Source of the DNA: an uncultured delta proteobacterium
GTDB taxonomy: Bacteria; Desulfobacterota; Desulfobacteria; Desulfobacterales; QNYZ01
Length of the DNA stretch: 64,000 nucleotides
Reading direction: 5' to 3'
NCBI GenBank assembly: GCA_963845145.1
Contig: CAWJQU010000005.1
Span: 394,256-458,255, forward strand
In this document: positions 55,894-64,000 of the stretch, piece after piece
Numbering within the stretch: the stretch's first letter is position 1
How the letters are laid out: every line of letters begins with the position of its first letter
The notes under the pieces: generated by a model
Database searches by the model: none
Seen by the model: the letters and a program-made list of their open reading frames with translations, nothing else
What the model was told of the DNA's origin: nothing
Program-made: the position numbers and the translations under genes

Positions 55894-57365
55894 GTGCCGT
55901 ACGGGCCATCATATCCGGGACAGGGATCATCAGCGCCCTGGGATCCGGATGGGTTGCCACCCGTAACGCATTGGAAGCACAACGGGTGGCGATTGGGCCG
56001 CTGAGCCTTTTCCCCACCCCGCATGACCCGCCCCTTCCGGCCGGGGAAGTACGCAACCGGTTGGAACAAAACGCGCTGCCGCGCACCCACCAGCTGGCCC
56101 AAATCGCCGCCGCTCAGGCGTTTACAGGGAGACTCGCTCCAGATGCCATCGTCGTAGGGACCACTACCGGTGGATTGCTGACCACCGAAGCGCTGTTGAA
56201 ACAAAATGTGGCCGACCCTTCGGCGTATTGTTTTCATTCGCCGGCCACGGTGGCGGAAACCATCGCCAAACAATATGGATGCCGAGGGCCGGTCCTGACC
56301 GTATCCACTGCGTGTTCGTCCGGAGCCGTCGCCTTAAAAATCGCCCTTGAACTCATTCGAAACGGCCGCGCCCGCCGGGTTCTGGCCGGAGGTGCCGACA
56401 ATTTGTGCCGCCTGATCTATCACGGTTTTAACGCCCTCCAACTCATCGATCCCAAAGGTGCCCGTCCCCTGGACCGGGACCGCCGGGGCATGTCCGTGGC
56501 CGAAGGTGCCGCTTTTTTGATGCTCGAAGCAGACGATGGGCATCCGAACGCCGTAGCACTCCTTGGCGCAGGGCTTTCATGTGATGCCTTTCATCCAACA
56601 GCTCCCCATCCCGACGGCAAAGGCGCTATGGCGGCCATGACAGCCGCTATAGAGGATGCCGGACTCAACCCTGAAACCATCGACTACATCAATCTTCACG
56701 GCACCGGCACCTTGGATAACGATCTATCCGAAGCCCGGGCTGTTCGCACCCTTTTTAAAAACAAGACACCGATGCTTTCATCGGTTAAGGGGGCCATGGG
56801 CCACTCATTGGGTGCGGCAGGGGCCATGGAAGCGGTCATTGCGACAAACTGTGTGCATGATCAATGGATTCCCGGAAATGTGGGCCTGAGCACACCTGAC
56901 CCAGCCTTAAACCTGACACCGATCATGCGATCCAAAGCCACACCTGTTCGAACCGTCCTCTCCAATTCCCTCGGGTTCGGGGGCAATAATGCCGCGGTCG
57001 TCATCGGGGACTCCCGCATTGGCGACCGTTCACCTGCAATGAACACCGGATCGCGATCCGGGCCGTTGACCATTCTGGGTAGCGCATGCATCACCGGAGC
57101 CGGCCATACCGATGAAACCTTAAAGCGTTTCACAAAAGGCCGGACCTGCAACGGCAAACTTGCTTTAGATCTTATGACCCGTTTTTTATCACCCAAACGC
57201 GTCAGGCGACTTAAACGCCTTCCCCGGTTGACATTGGCCCTGGCCGAGCAAGCCCATAGCCATGCGGACCAATCCCCCCCCCGTAGAATCGATTTTTATG
57301 GGCACCGGCTGGGGCGCCCTGTCCGAAACCTATCGTTTTTTGACCCGACTTTTCGAAACCGATGA
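55890..57365 (+). CDS. Beta-ketoacyl-ACP synthase (Cys-His-His) reading without a stop into the N-terminus of a KS-N-like partner; the frame is lost at the C9 tract
   Basis: VSTACSSGAVAL, NLHGTGTLDND, MGHSLGAAG, FGGNNAAVVIG end the KS. LTILGSACITGAG...PKRVRRLKRLPRLTLALAEQAH is the partner N-terminus. Residues after the C9 tract (57274..57282) are out-of-frame nonsense. Confidence 0.8.
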   Translation: MSAVRAIISGTGIISALGSGWVATRNALEAQRVAIGPLSLFPTPHDPPLPAGEVRNRLEQNALPRTHQLAQIAAAQAFTGRLAPDAIVVGTTTGGLLTTEALLKQNVADPSAYCFHSPATVAETIAKQYGCRGPVLTVSTACSSGAVALKIALELIRNGRARRVLAGGADNLCRLIYHGFNALQLIDPKGARPLDRDRRGMSVAEGAAFLMLEADDGHPNAVALLGAGLSCDAFHPTAPHPDGKGAMAAMTAAIEDAGLNPETIDYINLHGTGTLDNDLSEARAVRTLFKNKTPMLSSVKGAMGHSLGAAGAMEAVIATNCVHDQWIPGNVGLSTPDPALNLTPIMRSKATPVRTVLSNSLGFGGNNAAVVIGDSRIGDRSPAMNTGSRSGPLTILGSACITGAGHTDETLKRFTKGRTCNGKLALDLMTRFLSPKRVRRLKRLPRLTLALAEQAHSHADQSPPRRIDFYGHRLGRPVRNLSFFDPTFRNR

Positions 57366-58086
57366 ACAATTCCCCAGCCCGACCGATTTTATCGGCTCGG
57401 TACACAATGCACCCGCCGGCCAGGCGGCCATGATGTTTAACGCCACCGGTGCCAACGTTACCACCACGGGAGGTGACGTATCGTTTGAACAGGCGCTCAT
57501 GGCAGCGGAACTTGTGTGTGGCGGCGATACGGCCCTGGTAATAGGTGCGGATGAAGCCCATGACAAATTTTCGCCACTGCTGGATCCATCGGTTGGCGAA
57601 AACGGCCATTTATCGGATGGCGGCGGGGCACTGCTGGTTAAGCCGGGATCAAAGCCCGGTGGTGTTTCCATCCATCTGGCCCATTATGAACCTGCCGATG
57701 ACCCGGCTGATGACATTGCTCATGGCCTGGCCGTGACAATCGACGGGGTTATCGATTCACTGGGCTCGGCAGATCGGTTGCATTCGCGTATCGGTTTTAT
57801 TTTAGCCGGGATTCCCGCAGCGCAAAGAACGCAAGGCGACCGGCAATTGGATCAATTCAGGGAACGCACCCGCTTTACAGGCCCCGTAATCGACTATCGC
57901 CCGATTATCGGCGAATTTGCCTCTGCTTCAGCTGTTGCCGCTGTTCTGTCCGCCCGGTTCACAGCTGAAGGGGTGATACCCGGCGGCCTTAGTTCCGATG
58001 ACCAAACGCTTCCATTAAACGGCAAGGGCGGCTTGGTCCTGGGGCTGGGACGATGGGTCACGGCCATGGAGGTGGTGCTGCAATGA
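57262..58086 (+). CDS. Remainder of the KS-N-like partner domain (frame shifted by one relative to its own N-terminus)
   Basis: PPVESIFMGTGWGALSETYRFL...SPTDFIGSVHNAPAGQAAMMF aligns by eye with 48463..49572 (GIIVATGYGATCNTFDF...SPTVFANSVHNAAASHLSI). Confidence 0.75.
   Translation: MRTNPPPVESIFMGTGWGALSETYRFLTRLFETDEQFPSPTDFIGSVHNAPAGQAAMMFNATGANVTTTGGDVSFEQALMAAELVCGGDTALVIGADEAHDKFSPLLDPSVGENGHLSDGGGALLVKPGSKPGGVSIHLAHYEPADDPADDIAHGLAVTIDGVIDSLGSADRLHSRIGFILAGIPAAQRTQGDRQLDQFRERTRFTGPVIDYRPIIGEFASASAVAAVLSARFTAEGVIPGGLSSDDQTLPLNGKGGLVLGLGRWVTAMEVVLQ
57274..57282 (+). repeat. Homopolymeric C9 tract at the frame break
   Basis: aat ccccccccc gta counted directly. Confidence 0.95.
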
Positions 58087-59507
58087 AGGTATTGTTGATC
58101 TCTGCCAATCAATACACCCAACCGCATCCGGTTTACCCTCTGGGCCTTGATTATGTGGCCGGCGCCATTGGCCCGGACCATGTGGTTGAAATCCTGGATT
58201 TAAACGCCCTCAACCCGTCAGAGGCGCTTTTTGAAGCGATCGACGATTTTTCGCCGGATATCATCGGGCTGTCCATTCGAAATATCGACAACACGGACGT
58301 CTCTTCGCCCCAGGGATTCATTGCCGCCTATCGCCATCTTGCCGATACCATTCGAACCCAATCCCGTAAAATTATACCTGATAAAAATAGGCCCGATCAA
58401 AACAGACCCGGTCAAAATAAAACTGGTCAAAATGGGGATAAGGTCCCACTGGTTCTGGGAGGGAGCGGCTTCACCCTGTTTCCCCGGGAACTGATGGCAA
58501 GCCTTGGCGCCGACTATGGCATTATCGGCGAAGGTGAACGGTTTGGCCTTCTATTGGATTGTTTAACCAAAGGCAAGGACCCGTCGATGCTGCCCGGCAT
58601 CATTACCGCCAAAAACGGGGGAACAGTGCCCATTCCCTGGCAGGGGCGCATCGCCGATCGTTTTAATCCCAACCGTCCTCACCTTTCCTATTACCTGAAA
58701 AACGGGGGAATATTAAACCTTCAAACCAAACGCGGATGTCGATACCGATGTATTTATTGTACCTACCCGTATATCGAAGGCGGCAGCCCCAGGTTGTTTG
58801 ACCCCGATGATATCGCCGGTACCGCGCGACAACTGCAGACGGCCGGAGCAAAGTATCTGTTTATCACGGATTCAACCTTCAACTCGGAGATGGACCATAC
58901 CCTGGCCGTGGCAGAGGCGTTTAAACAAGCGGCCGTCACCATTCCCTGGGGGGCCTTTTTTGCACCCATGGTTCCTGCTGGCGATTATTTCAAACAGCTG
59001 GCCGATGCCGGGCTCACCCATGTTGAATTTGGAACGGAATCATTAAGTGACCCGGTATTGAAAACCTATCGAAAACCGTTTAAACAACGCCATGTTTTAG
59101 AGGCCCACCAAGCGGCTCTGGACGCCGGATTGCATGTGGCCCACTATTTTTTATTGGGCGGTCCGGGTGAAACCCCGGATACGGTGGCAGAAACCCTGGA
59201 TCGCGCGGATCGGCTGGAAAAATGTGCCCTATTTGTCTTTTGCGGGATGCGCATTTACCCCCATACGGAGTTACACCGGATAGCCACCGCTGAAGGCCGG
59301 ATTTGTCCCAGTGACAATTTGATGGCGCCGGTATTTTATCAGAATCCGGCGATCTCGGAGCACGCATTGATGCAACGGGTAAATAAATGGGCCGATGGGC
59401 ATGGCAACCGAATCGTTGGGGCCGGTGGTGAAGAGACGGCCCGGATTATTTCAAGGCTCTACAGCCGCGGATTTTCCGGTCCACTCTGGGAATATTTGAT
59501 CCGGTGA
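58083..59507 (+). CDS. B12-binding-domain radical SAM enzyme no. 3
   Basis: MKVLLISANQ...VEILDL...PDIIGLSIRN B12-binding-like module, TKRGCRYRCIYCT (CX3CX2C). ATG at 58083 overlaps the previous stop (ATGA). Confidence 0.85.
   Translation: MKVLLISANQYTQPHPVYPLGLDYVAGAIGPDHVVEILDLNALNPSEALFEAIDDFSPDIIGLSIRNIDNTDVSSPQGFIAAYRHLADTIRTQSRKIIPDKNRPDQNRPGQNKTGQNGDKVPLVLGGSGFTLFPRELMASLGADYGIIGEGERFGLLLDCLTKGKDPSMLPGIITAKNGGTVPIPWQGRIADRFNPNRPHLSYYLKNGGILNLQTKRGCRYRCIYCTYPYIEGGSPRLFDPDDIAGTARQLQTAGAKYLFITDSTFNSEMDHTLAVAEAFKQAAVTIPWGAFFAPMVPAGDYFKQLADAGLTHVEFGTESLSDPVLKTYRKPFKQRHVLEAHQAALDAGLHVAHYFLLGGPGETPDTVAETLDRADRLEKCALFVFCGMRIYPHTELHRIATAEGRICPSDNLMAPVFYQNPAISEHALMQRVNKWADGHGNRIVGAGGEETARIISRLYSRGFSGPLWEYLIR
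58377..58436 (+). repeat. Four imperfect in-frame tandem copies of a 15-bp unit inside the radical SAM gene
   Basis: cctgataaaaatagg / cccgatcaaaacaga / cccggtcaaaataaa / actggtcaaaatggg encode PDKNR PDQNR PGQNK TGQNG. Confidence 0.9.
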
Positions 59508-59588
59508 AAGGCGTTTTTTGGAAAATCGACACGCTTTGGGGTTAATGCTTGAACATCTTTTTGTTTTAATTTATGAGTTTAGGCGCTC

Positions 59589-59984
59589 ATGTGGCACCGA
59601 ATAGACCAAATAACACGCACACCGTCGGGTGAAATATCGGCCGAATGCCACATCTCGGTGGAATCACAATGGTTTTTGGGACATTTTCCCGGAAAACCAA
59701 TATTGCCTGCAATCGCCCAGTTGGCGATGGTGCGTGAAACAATCAGCCGTGGAAGCCATCAGGCTGGCGATGTTAACCATGACAATAACCGTGATGGCCA
59801 CCATGATAGCCGGCCGGCTGATTGCCGGTTCAGTCGCGTAAAATTTAAAAAGATGATCACACCCGGCGAGTGCTTGATAATTCTGGCCTCTCCGAAGAAA
59901 ACCCCCGGCACTTATACATTCCGTATAACGGTCGAAAAGTCCATTGTATGCAGTGGTAACTTGACAATTAAAACAGACTCTTGA
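59589..59984 (+). CDS. Hot-dog-fold dehydratase (FabA/FabZ-like) with a His/Asp/Asn-rich insertion
   Basis: WFLGHFPGKPILPAIAQLAMV is the catalytic His motif region. Insert GDVNHDNNRDGHHDSRPAD. Confidence 0.65.
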   Translation: MWHRIDQITRTPSGEISAECHISVESQWFLGHFPGKPILPAIAQLAMVRETISRGSHQAGDVNHDNNRDGHHDSRPADCRFSRVKFKKMITPGECLIILASPKKTPGTYTFRITVEKSIVCSGNLTIKTDS

Positions 59985-60039
59985 GGAGTTCAAGGGTGTC
60001 ATTAAATATATTAACTTAAAAAGGGAGTCAATTCTACAT

Positions 60040-60321
60040 ATGGCAATTGAAACCGGCATTGAAAAGATCACGTTACGTGTAGCGGAAATGATGATCAGCG
60101 AACTCAAGCTCGAAGATATTACCCCTGAGACATTTGATCCGAAAATTGATTTGGTCGACGAGGTGGGTATTGACAGCATGGATCTGGCCACCTTGGCGCT
60201 GGTCATTCGAGATGAATACGCGATTCGTATCGATGAGGACGACTACCCCAAATTAACCAATCTTCGATTAATCGCCGAGTATGTCTCTAAAAAACTCGAT
60301 GAGAAAAAATCGGACGCATAG
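60040..60321 (+). CDS. Acyl carrier protein
   Basis: VGIDSMDLATLA motif. 93 aa. Confidence 0.85.
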   Translation: MAIETGIEKITLRVAEMMISELKLEDITPETFDPKIDLVDEVGIDSMDLATLALVIRDEYAIRIDEDDYPKLTNLRLIAEYVSKKLDEKKSDA

Positions 60322-60342
60322 GGATGATGAAAGAGAAGGCAA

Positions 60343-61440
60343 TTGGCCGTGGTGAGTGAACCCAATCGTAAAACCGAAAGTACCGACAACTCGGAAGAAG
60401 CAAAATTTTCCGACATATTAGCCGACCCACAGGTGCGTGCCCGCTGGGAAAAAGTTCGGAAATGGTTTTTCTTGAGGGAGTCGACCTATGACATGACCAA
60501 CCGCTGCAATATCCGCTGCGAAGGGTGTTATTTCTATGAGGGCGACAAACAATTCGCCCAGCTCAATACGGATCCTCAAGCCTGGCGCCGGTTGATGAAA
60601 GCGGAAAAAGAGCGTGGTATCACTTTTGTGGTCCTGGCCGGCGCAGAACCGTCGCTGGTTCCCCAGTTATGCGAAGCCTGCTATGACGAGATACCGCTGG
60701 GAGCCATTGCCACCAACGGCATAAATCGGTTCCCGGCATCCATTGAATATAAAATTCACATTTCCGTATGGGGCAATGACGACACCAGTTTGAAAATTCG
60801 AGGTGCCAAGAATATGTTGCGGCGACAGATCGACAACTATCGCCATGATCCCCGAGCCGCCTTTGTCTATACCTTCACGCGCGACAATATCGAGCAGGCC
60901 TTTGAGGTCGGGGACGTATTGGCCGACAACGATTGCCAAATGACTTTCAATATGTTTTCCGCCCCGGTAGGGTACAGTGGCGATTTGCGGCACACGGCAG
61001 CGTCGCTTAAACAAACCCGACAGGCAATGATGGCGCTTTTGAAAACATATCCCCATAATGTGCTTTTCTCCCCTTACAGTACGGTTGCGCACACCCACCA
61101 CCTGGGTCTGCACGACCTGTATGCGTGTCCGTATCCACGCCGCAATCCGTCCACGGCCATCGGCCTCGGTCGGTCTTTCCGCCAGTATCGGACCGATCTG
61201 ACCTGGGATCGTCAAGCCGCCTGCTGTGTTCCTGACACGGATTGTGACGACTGCCGCCACTACGCCGCCGGTAGTGCCGTGGTCACAGCGCGCATGTTTC
61301 GCCATGCCGTCAAACGGGAAACATTTTGCGCCTGGCTCGATTATGCCGACACCTATCTGGCCGTCTGGGTAAAGGGGTATGAAAAAAGTACCAACTTGTT
61401 AAGCACCTTGAGCCCGCCACCGGGCAACAGCATCTTTTAA
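60343..61440 (+). CDS. Radical SAM enzyme with a C-terminal Cys cluster (paralogue A)
   Basis: TNRCNIRCEGCY (CX3CX2C). C-terminal AACCVPDTDCDDCRHY. Non-ATG start, so the exact start is uncertain. Confidence 0.8.
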   Translation: MAVVSEPNRKTESTDNSEEAKFSDILADPQVRARWEKVRKWFFLRESTYDMTNRCNIRCEGCYFYEGDKQFAQLNTDPQAWRRLMKAEKERGITFVVLAGAEPSLVPQLCEACYDEIPLGAIATNGINRFPASIEYKIHISVWGNDDTSLKIRGAKNMLRRQIDNYRHDPRAAFVYTFTRDNIEQAFEVGDVLADNDCQMTFNMFSAPVGYSGDLRHTAASLKQTRQAMMALLKTYPHNVLFSPYSTVAHTHHLGLHDLYACPYPRRNPSTAIGLGRSFRQYRTDLTWDRQAACCVPDTDCDDCRHYAAGSAVVTARMFRHAVKRETFCAWLDYADTYLAVWVKGYEKSTNLLSTLSPPPGNSIF

Positions 61441-61469
61441 GGTGAAAGAATCGTGAGGACATTGTATCA

Positions 61470-62468
61470 ATGAAAACCGTCAGCCAGCTACTGGATGACC
61501 ACTGGTATAAACGCTACCAGCGGATCTCCAAACTCAATATTCGAAGCTCCATTTACGATGTAACCAACCGATGTAACCTGCGTTGCAAGGGATGTTTTTT
61601 TTTCTCATCCGACGAGCATAAAGCCGCACCGGAAGAGATGGATCTTAGCAAATGGGAAACCTTTATCGATCGGGAAAAAGCGCGCGGGGTCAATCTGGCC
61701 ATTCTGATTGGTGGCGAGCCGACCTTGTGCCTGGATCGGGTCGAAGCATTTTATCGGCGTCTGCCAACCTTTTGCGCCACCAATGGGTTGATTAAAATCC
61801 CGCGCGAACAGTTTCCACACATGATGTTAGGCATATCCCTCTGGGGCGACAAGGCCGACGAGAATGTGCTGCGGGGTAAAGATACCTTCAGCATTTCCAG
61901 TAAAAACTATGCCGGCGACCCGCATGTGTATTATCTTTATACCATCACCCCGCGACAGATCGGACACACCGAAAAGATCATACAAAAAGTCGCCGATGTG
62001 GGCCTAAAGGTCCATATGCAGCTGCTGTCCAATGATGAAGGCGTGGATGGTTTTTCATGGACAGCAGAACAATTGAATGCCATCCGGGTGGAAATGGACC
62101 AGATGCTGGATACCTATCCGGAAACCGTTATTTCGTGTAAATACTATCATGAAATCATCACCACCGGCCAAATGCTGGGCCGCCGTTTCGGATGGAACGA
62201 GTGCCCGTCGGTCACCTTGCCTTTGGATACCCGCGAGCCCCAGCCGAAACGGCTGATCGAGTTTATCCGATGGGCATCGGACTTAAACACTATGCACCGT
62301 TGCTGTACGTCCGAAACCCGGGATTGTTCCACTTGTAAAGATGGTGCTGCCCACATGAGCTGGGTTATGGTTAATAAACGCGCCCACATCAAAACGACCC
62401 AAGATCTGCAAAACTGGATCGAAGTGTACGAAATGTTTGCCAAGCTCTATCAGTTCATTCCCTGGTAA
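61470..62468 (+). CDS. Radical SAM enzyme with a C-terminal Cys cluster (paralogue B)
   Basis: TNRCNLRCKGCF. C-terminal HRCCTSETRDCSTCKDG. Collinear with 60343..61440. Confidence 0.8.
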   Translation: MKTVSQLLDDHWYKRYQRISKLNIRSSIYDVTNRCNLRCKGCFFFSSDEHKAAPEEMDLSKWETFIDREKARGVNLAILIGGEPTLCLDRVEAFYRRLPTFCATNGLIKIPREQFPHMMLGISLWGDKADENVLRGKDTFSISSKNYAGDPHVYYLYTITPRQIGHTEKIIQKVADVGLKVHMQLLSNDEGVDGFSWTAEQLNAIRVEMDQMLDTYPETVISCKYYHEIITTGQMLGRRFGWNECPSVTLPLDTREPQPKRLIEFIRWASDLNTMHRCCTSETRDCSTCKDGAAHMSWVMVNKRAHIKTTQDLQNWIEVYEMFAKLYQFIPW

Positions 62469-62474
62469 AAGCGG

Positions 62475-63725
62475 ATGCCTTCAAAAAAAGCCGTCGTTGT
62501 CGGATACGATTCGGTCTCACCACTGGGAACGGACACCAACGCCCAGTGGGCACGGGCCGCGAAGGGCGAAAGTGGTCTTGGAGCGCTCACCCGTTTTGAG
62601 CTGACGCCTGAGTTTCCTGTTCGAATCGCCGGTGAAGTGGCCCCTATCGATACCGGGCCCTATCCCTTTCTTTCCCCCCGAAAACTAGCCCTCTGGCCGT
62701 CACCATTGTTCAAATATGCCCTCTTGGTCGTTCACCGGGCTTTGTTAAAAAGCGGTATTGAGATCACACCGAGTCTGGCCCCCCGCGTGGCGGTTACTTT
62801 CAGCTCGGCCGTGGGCGGTCTGGACGCGATTCTCAATGCCGATCGGCGCTTGATTGCTCACGATAAGCTACCCCTTCCATACGCGAACCCCAATGGTTGC
62901 ATCAATATGGTGGGTGGGAAAGTGTCCATTCTAACCGGCGCCACCGGTCCGATTCTATCCACGGTTACGGCGTGTGCCACCGGCGCCACCTCAGTGGTGA
63001 TCGGTGCCATGCTGCTTGAATCGGGACAAGCCGATGTGGCCATCTGCGGGGCAGCGGATTTTGCCATAGTCGAACCCATTGTGGCCGGATTTGCCACCAT
63101 GAACGCCGCCGTTCAGATGAAACCGGGTGAAGCGGAAATTCCGGCTGAAAAAGCCAGCCGCCCCTTTTCCATAGACCGACGCGGGTTCGTTATTTCCGAA
63201 GGGGCCGGTGCGATTATTCTGACGACGCGCGAATTTGCCCTTGCGCAAGGCCTCGATTACGCCATCGAGATCGCCGGGTGGGAGATGACATCCGACGCCC
63301 ATCACTTCGTAGCGCCGCATCTGCCAACAGTCACAAGTTGCATTGCCGGTAGTATTGACAGGGCCGGCGTGTCCATGCATGATATCGCCTCCGTAAACGC
63401 CCATGCCACCGCAACCAAGGTTGGCGACCAGGTGGAATACCAGGCCCTGCGGGCCGTGTTCGGGGATCGCCTGCCGCCGGTGACGGCCAATAAATCCCTG
63501 ATCGGACATGCCATGGGAGCGTCCAGCGCCATTGAGTCGATTATGGCCATGCAAGGCATGCTAAACGATACGATACTTCCGACGGTTAACTACACCCCGG
63601 ACCCGGCGCTCACTTTTGATCATATCCCGACCACCGCGCGTCGGTTGAACCAGGAATTCGTATTGAAAAACGCTTTTGGTTTCGGCGGCTGCAATACGTG
63701 TATTATTTTTCGAAGGATGAGATGA
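62475..63725 (+). CDS. Beta-ketoacyl-ACP synthase (Cys-His-His)
   Basis: TVTACATGATSVV, VNAHATATKVGD, IGHAMGASS. Confidence 0.9.
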   Translation: MPSKKAVVVGYDSVSPLGTDTNAQWARAAKGESGLGALTRFELTPEFPVRIAGEVAPIDTGPYPFLSPRKLALWPSPLFKYALLVVHRALLKSGIEITPSLAPRVAVTFSSAVGGLDAILNADRRLIAHDKLPLPYANPNGCINMVGGKVSILTGATGPILSTVTACATGATSVVIGAMLLESGQADVAICGAADFAIVEPIVAGFATMNAAVQMKPGEAEIPAEKASRPFSIDRRGFVISEGAGAIILTTREFALAQGLDYAIEIAGWEMTSDAHHFVAPHLPTVTSCIAGSIDRAGVSMHDIASVNAHATATKVGDQVEYQALRAVFGDRLPPVTANKSLIGHAMGASSAIESIMAMQGMLNDTILPTVNYTPDPALTFDHIPTTARRLNQEFVLKNAFGFGGCNTCIIFRRMR

Positions 63726-63733
63726 ATTAGTCG

Positions 63734-64000
63734 ATGAAAGCACCGCTGAACAGACGCGTCTTCGTTGTCGGTTACGGAGCGGCGACGCCATTGGGCAAAA
63801 CGTTTGATCTGACCTGGAAACGGGCCGTGAGGGGCGATGCCGGCTTCAGGCGACTGACCCGCTGCCAAACCGAATCACGGGCCAATGTGGTGGGTGAAAT
63901 CCCCGACTGGGACCCCATGGCCCTAGATTTCATGGATCGCAAAGAGGCCTACAATTGGAATGCGGATTATGTTTTCCTTACCATGGCTGTTTGCAAAGAG
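63734..64000 (+). CDS. Beta-ketoacyl-ACP synthase, N-terminal part only (runs off the window)
   Basis: My own translation from the ATG at 63734 gives MKAPLNRRVFVVGYGAATPLGKTFDLTWKRAVRGDAGFRRL...VVGEIPDWDP, the canonical KS N-terminus. No stop before 64000. Confidence 0.7.
   Translation, partial: MKAPLNRRVFVVGYGAATPLGKTFDLTWKRAVRGDAGFRRLTRCQTESRANVVGEIPDWDPMALDFMDRKEAYNWNADYVFLTMAVCKE

Noticed and set aside
22325-64000. Labelling the locus outright as an aryl-polyene, flexirubin or ladderane cluster
   Set aside because: The backbone resembles APE/flexirubin clusters, but no aryl-starter enzymes are in the window. Nothing in the sequence demonstrates ladderane chemistry, and the window ends inside the cluster. 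Only the family resemblance is claimed.

Overview
The window reads as a bacterial chromosome segment. Gene content and one characteristic small repeat suggest a Desulfobacterota/Desulfobacterales-like organism, but that is inference only. All work was done by eye from the sequence and the ORF track; no searches were run, and start codons are approximate.

(i) 1-13.2 kb is an AT-richer accessory patch. It holds transposase debris (RAYT-like and IS3-type fragments) and a 112-bp duplicated piece of a SLOG/YpsA-like gene. It also holds one apparently intact IS5-family-like IS (14-bp terminal inverted repeats, CTAA on both flanks) and a truncated glycosyltransferase. Five stand-alone PilZ genes, four of them close paralogues, are interleaved with an MFS transporter, a PMP-repeat beta-helix protein and a small membrane protein. 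An HDOD protein follows.

(ii) 14.3-22.1 kb carries an OYE-family flavin oxidoreductase and a TolC/MFP/RND efflux system.

(iii) 22.3-32.7 kb and 42.5 kb to beyond the window end are two halves of a very large type-II FAS/PKS-like lipid biosynthetic locus.
- Condensing and chain-processing genes: six KS genes (five with a readable Cys-His-His triad, one partial at the window end), three Cys-less KS-N-like partners, one FabH-type KS, four ACPs, two hot-dog dehydratases and one SDR ketoreductase.
- Tailoring and transfer genes: a thioesterase, a GT2, LpxL-type and PlsC-type acyltransferases, a BtrH-like transferase, a DarA/DarB-like pair and a Dak2-DegV fusion.
- Export genes: LolA-like plus DUF3261 proteins and an ABC-2 exporter.
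- Unusually, five radical SAM enzymes: three B12-binding, plus two paralogues with C-terminal Cys clusters.
This locus is the main candidate for an undescribed system.

(iv) 32.7-42.4 kb lies between the two halves. It holds a rhodanese-membrane fusion, a COG1373-type ATPase behind a perfect 48-bp palindrome, and decayed higBA. It also holds an Lpp-like lipoprotein flanked by two L,D-transpeptidases, an FMN-binding lipoprotein, YwbE, a MITE-like element, SlyX and two methyltransferases.

No rRNA, tRNA or CRISPR array was seen.
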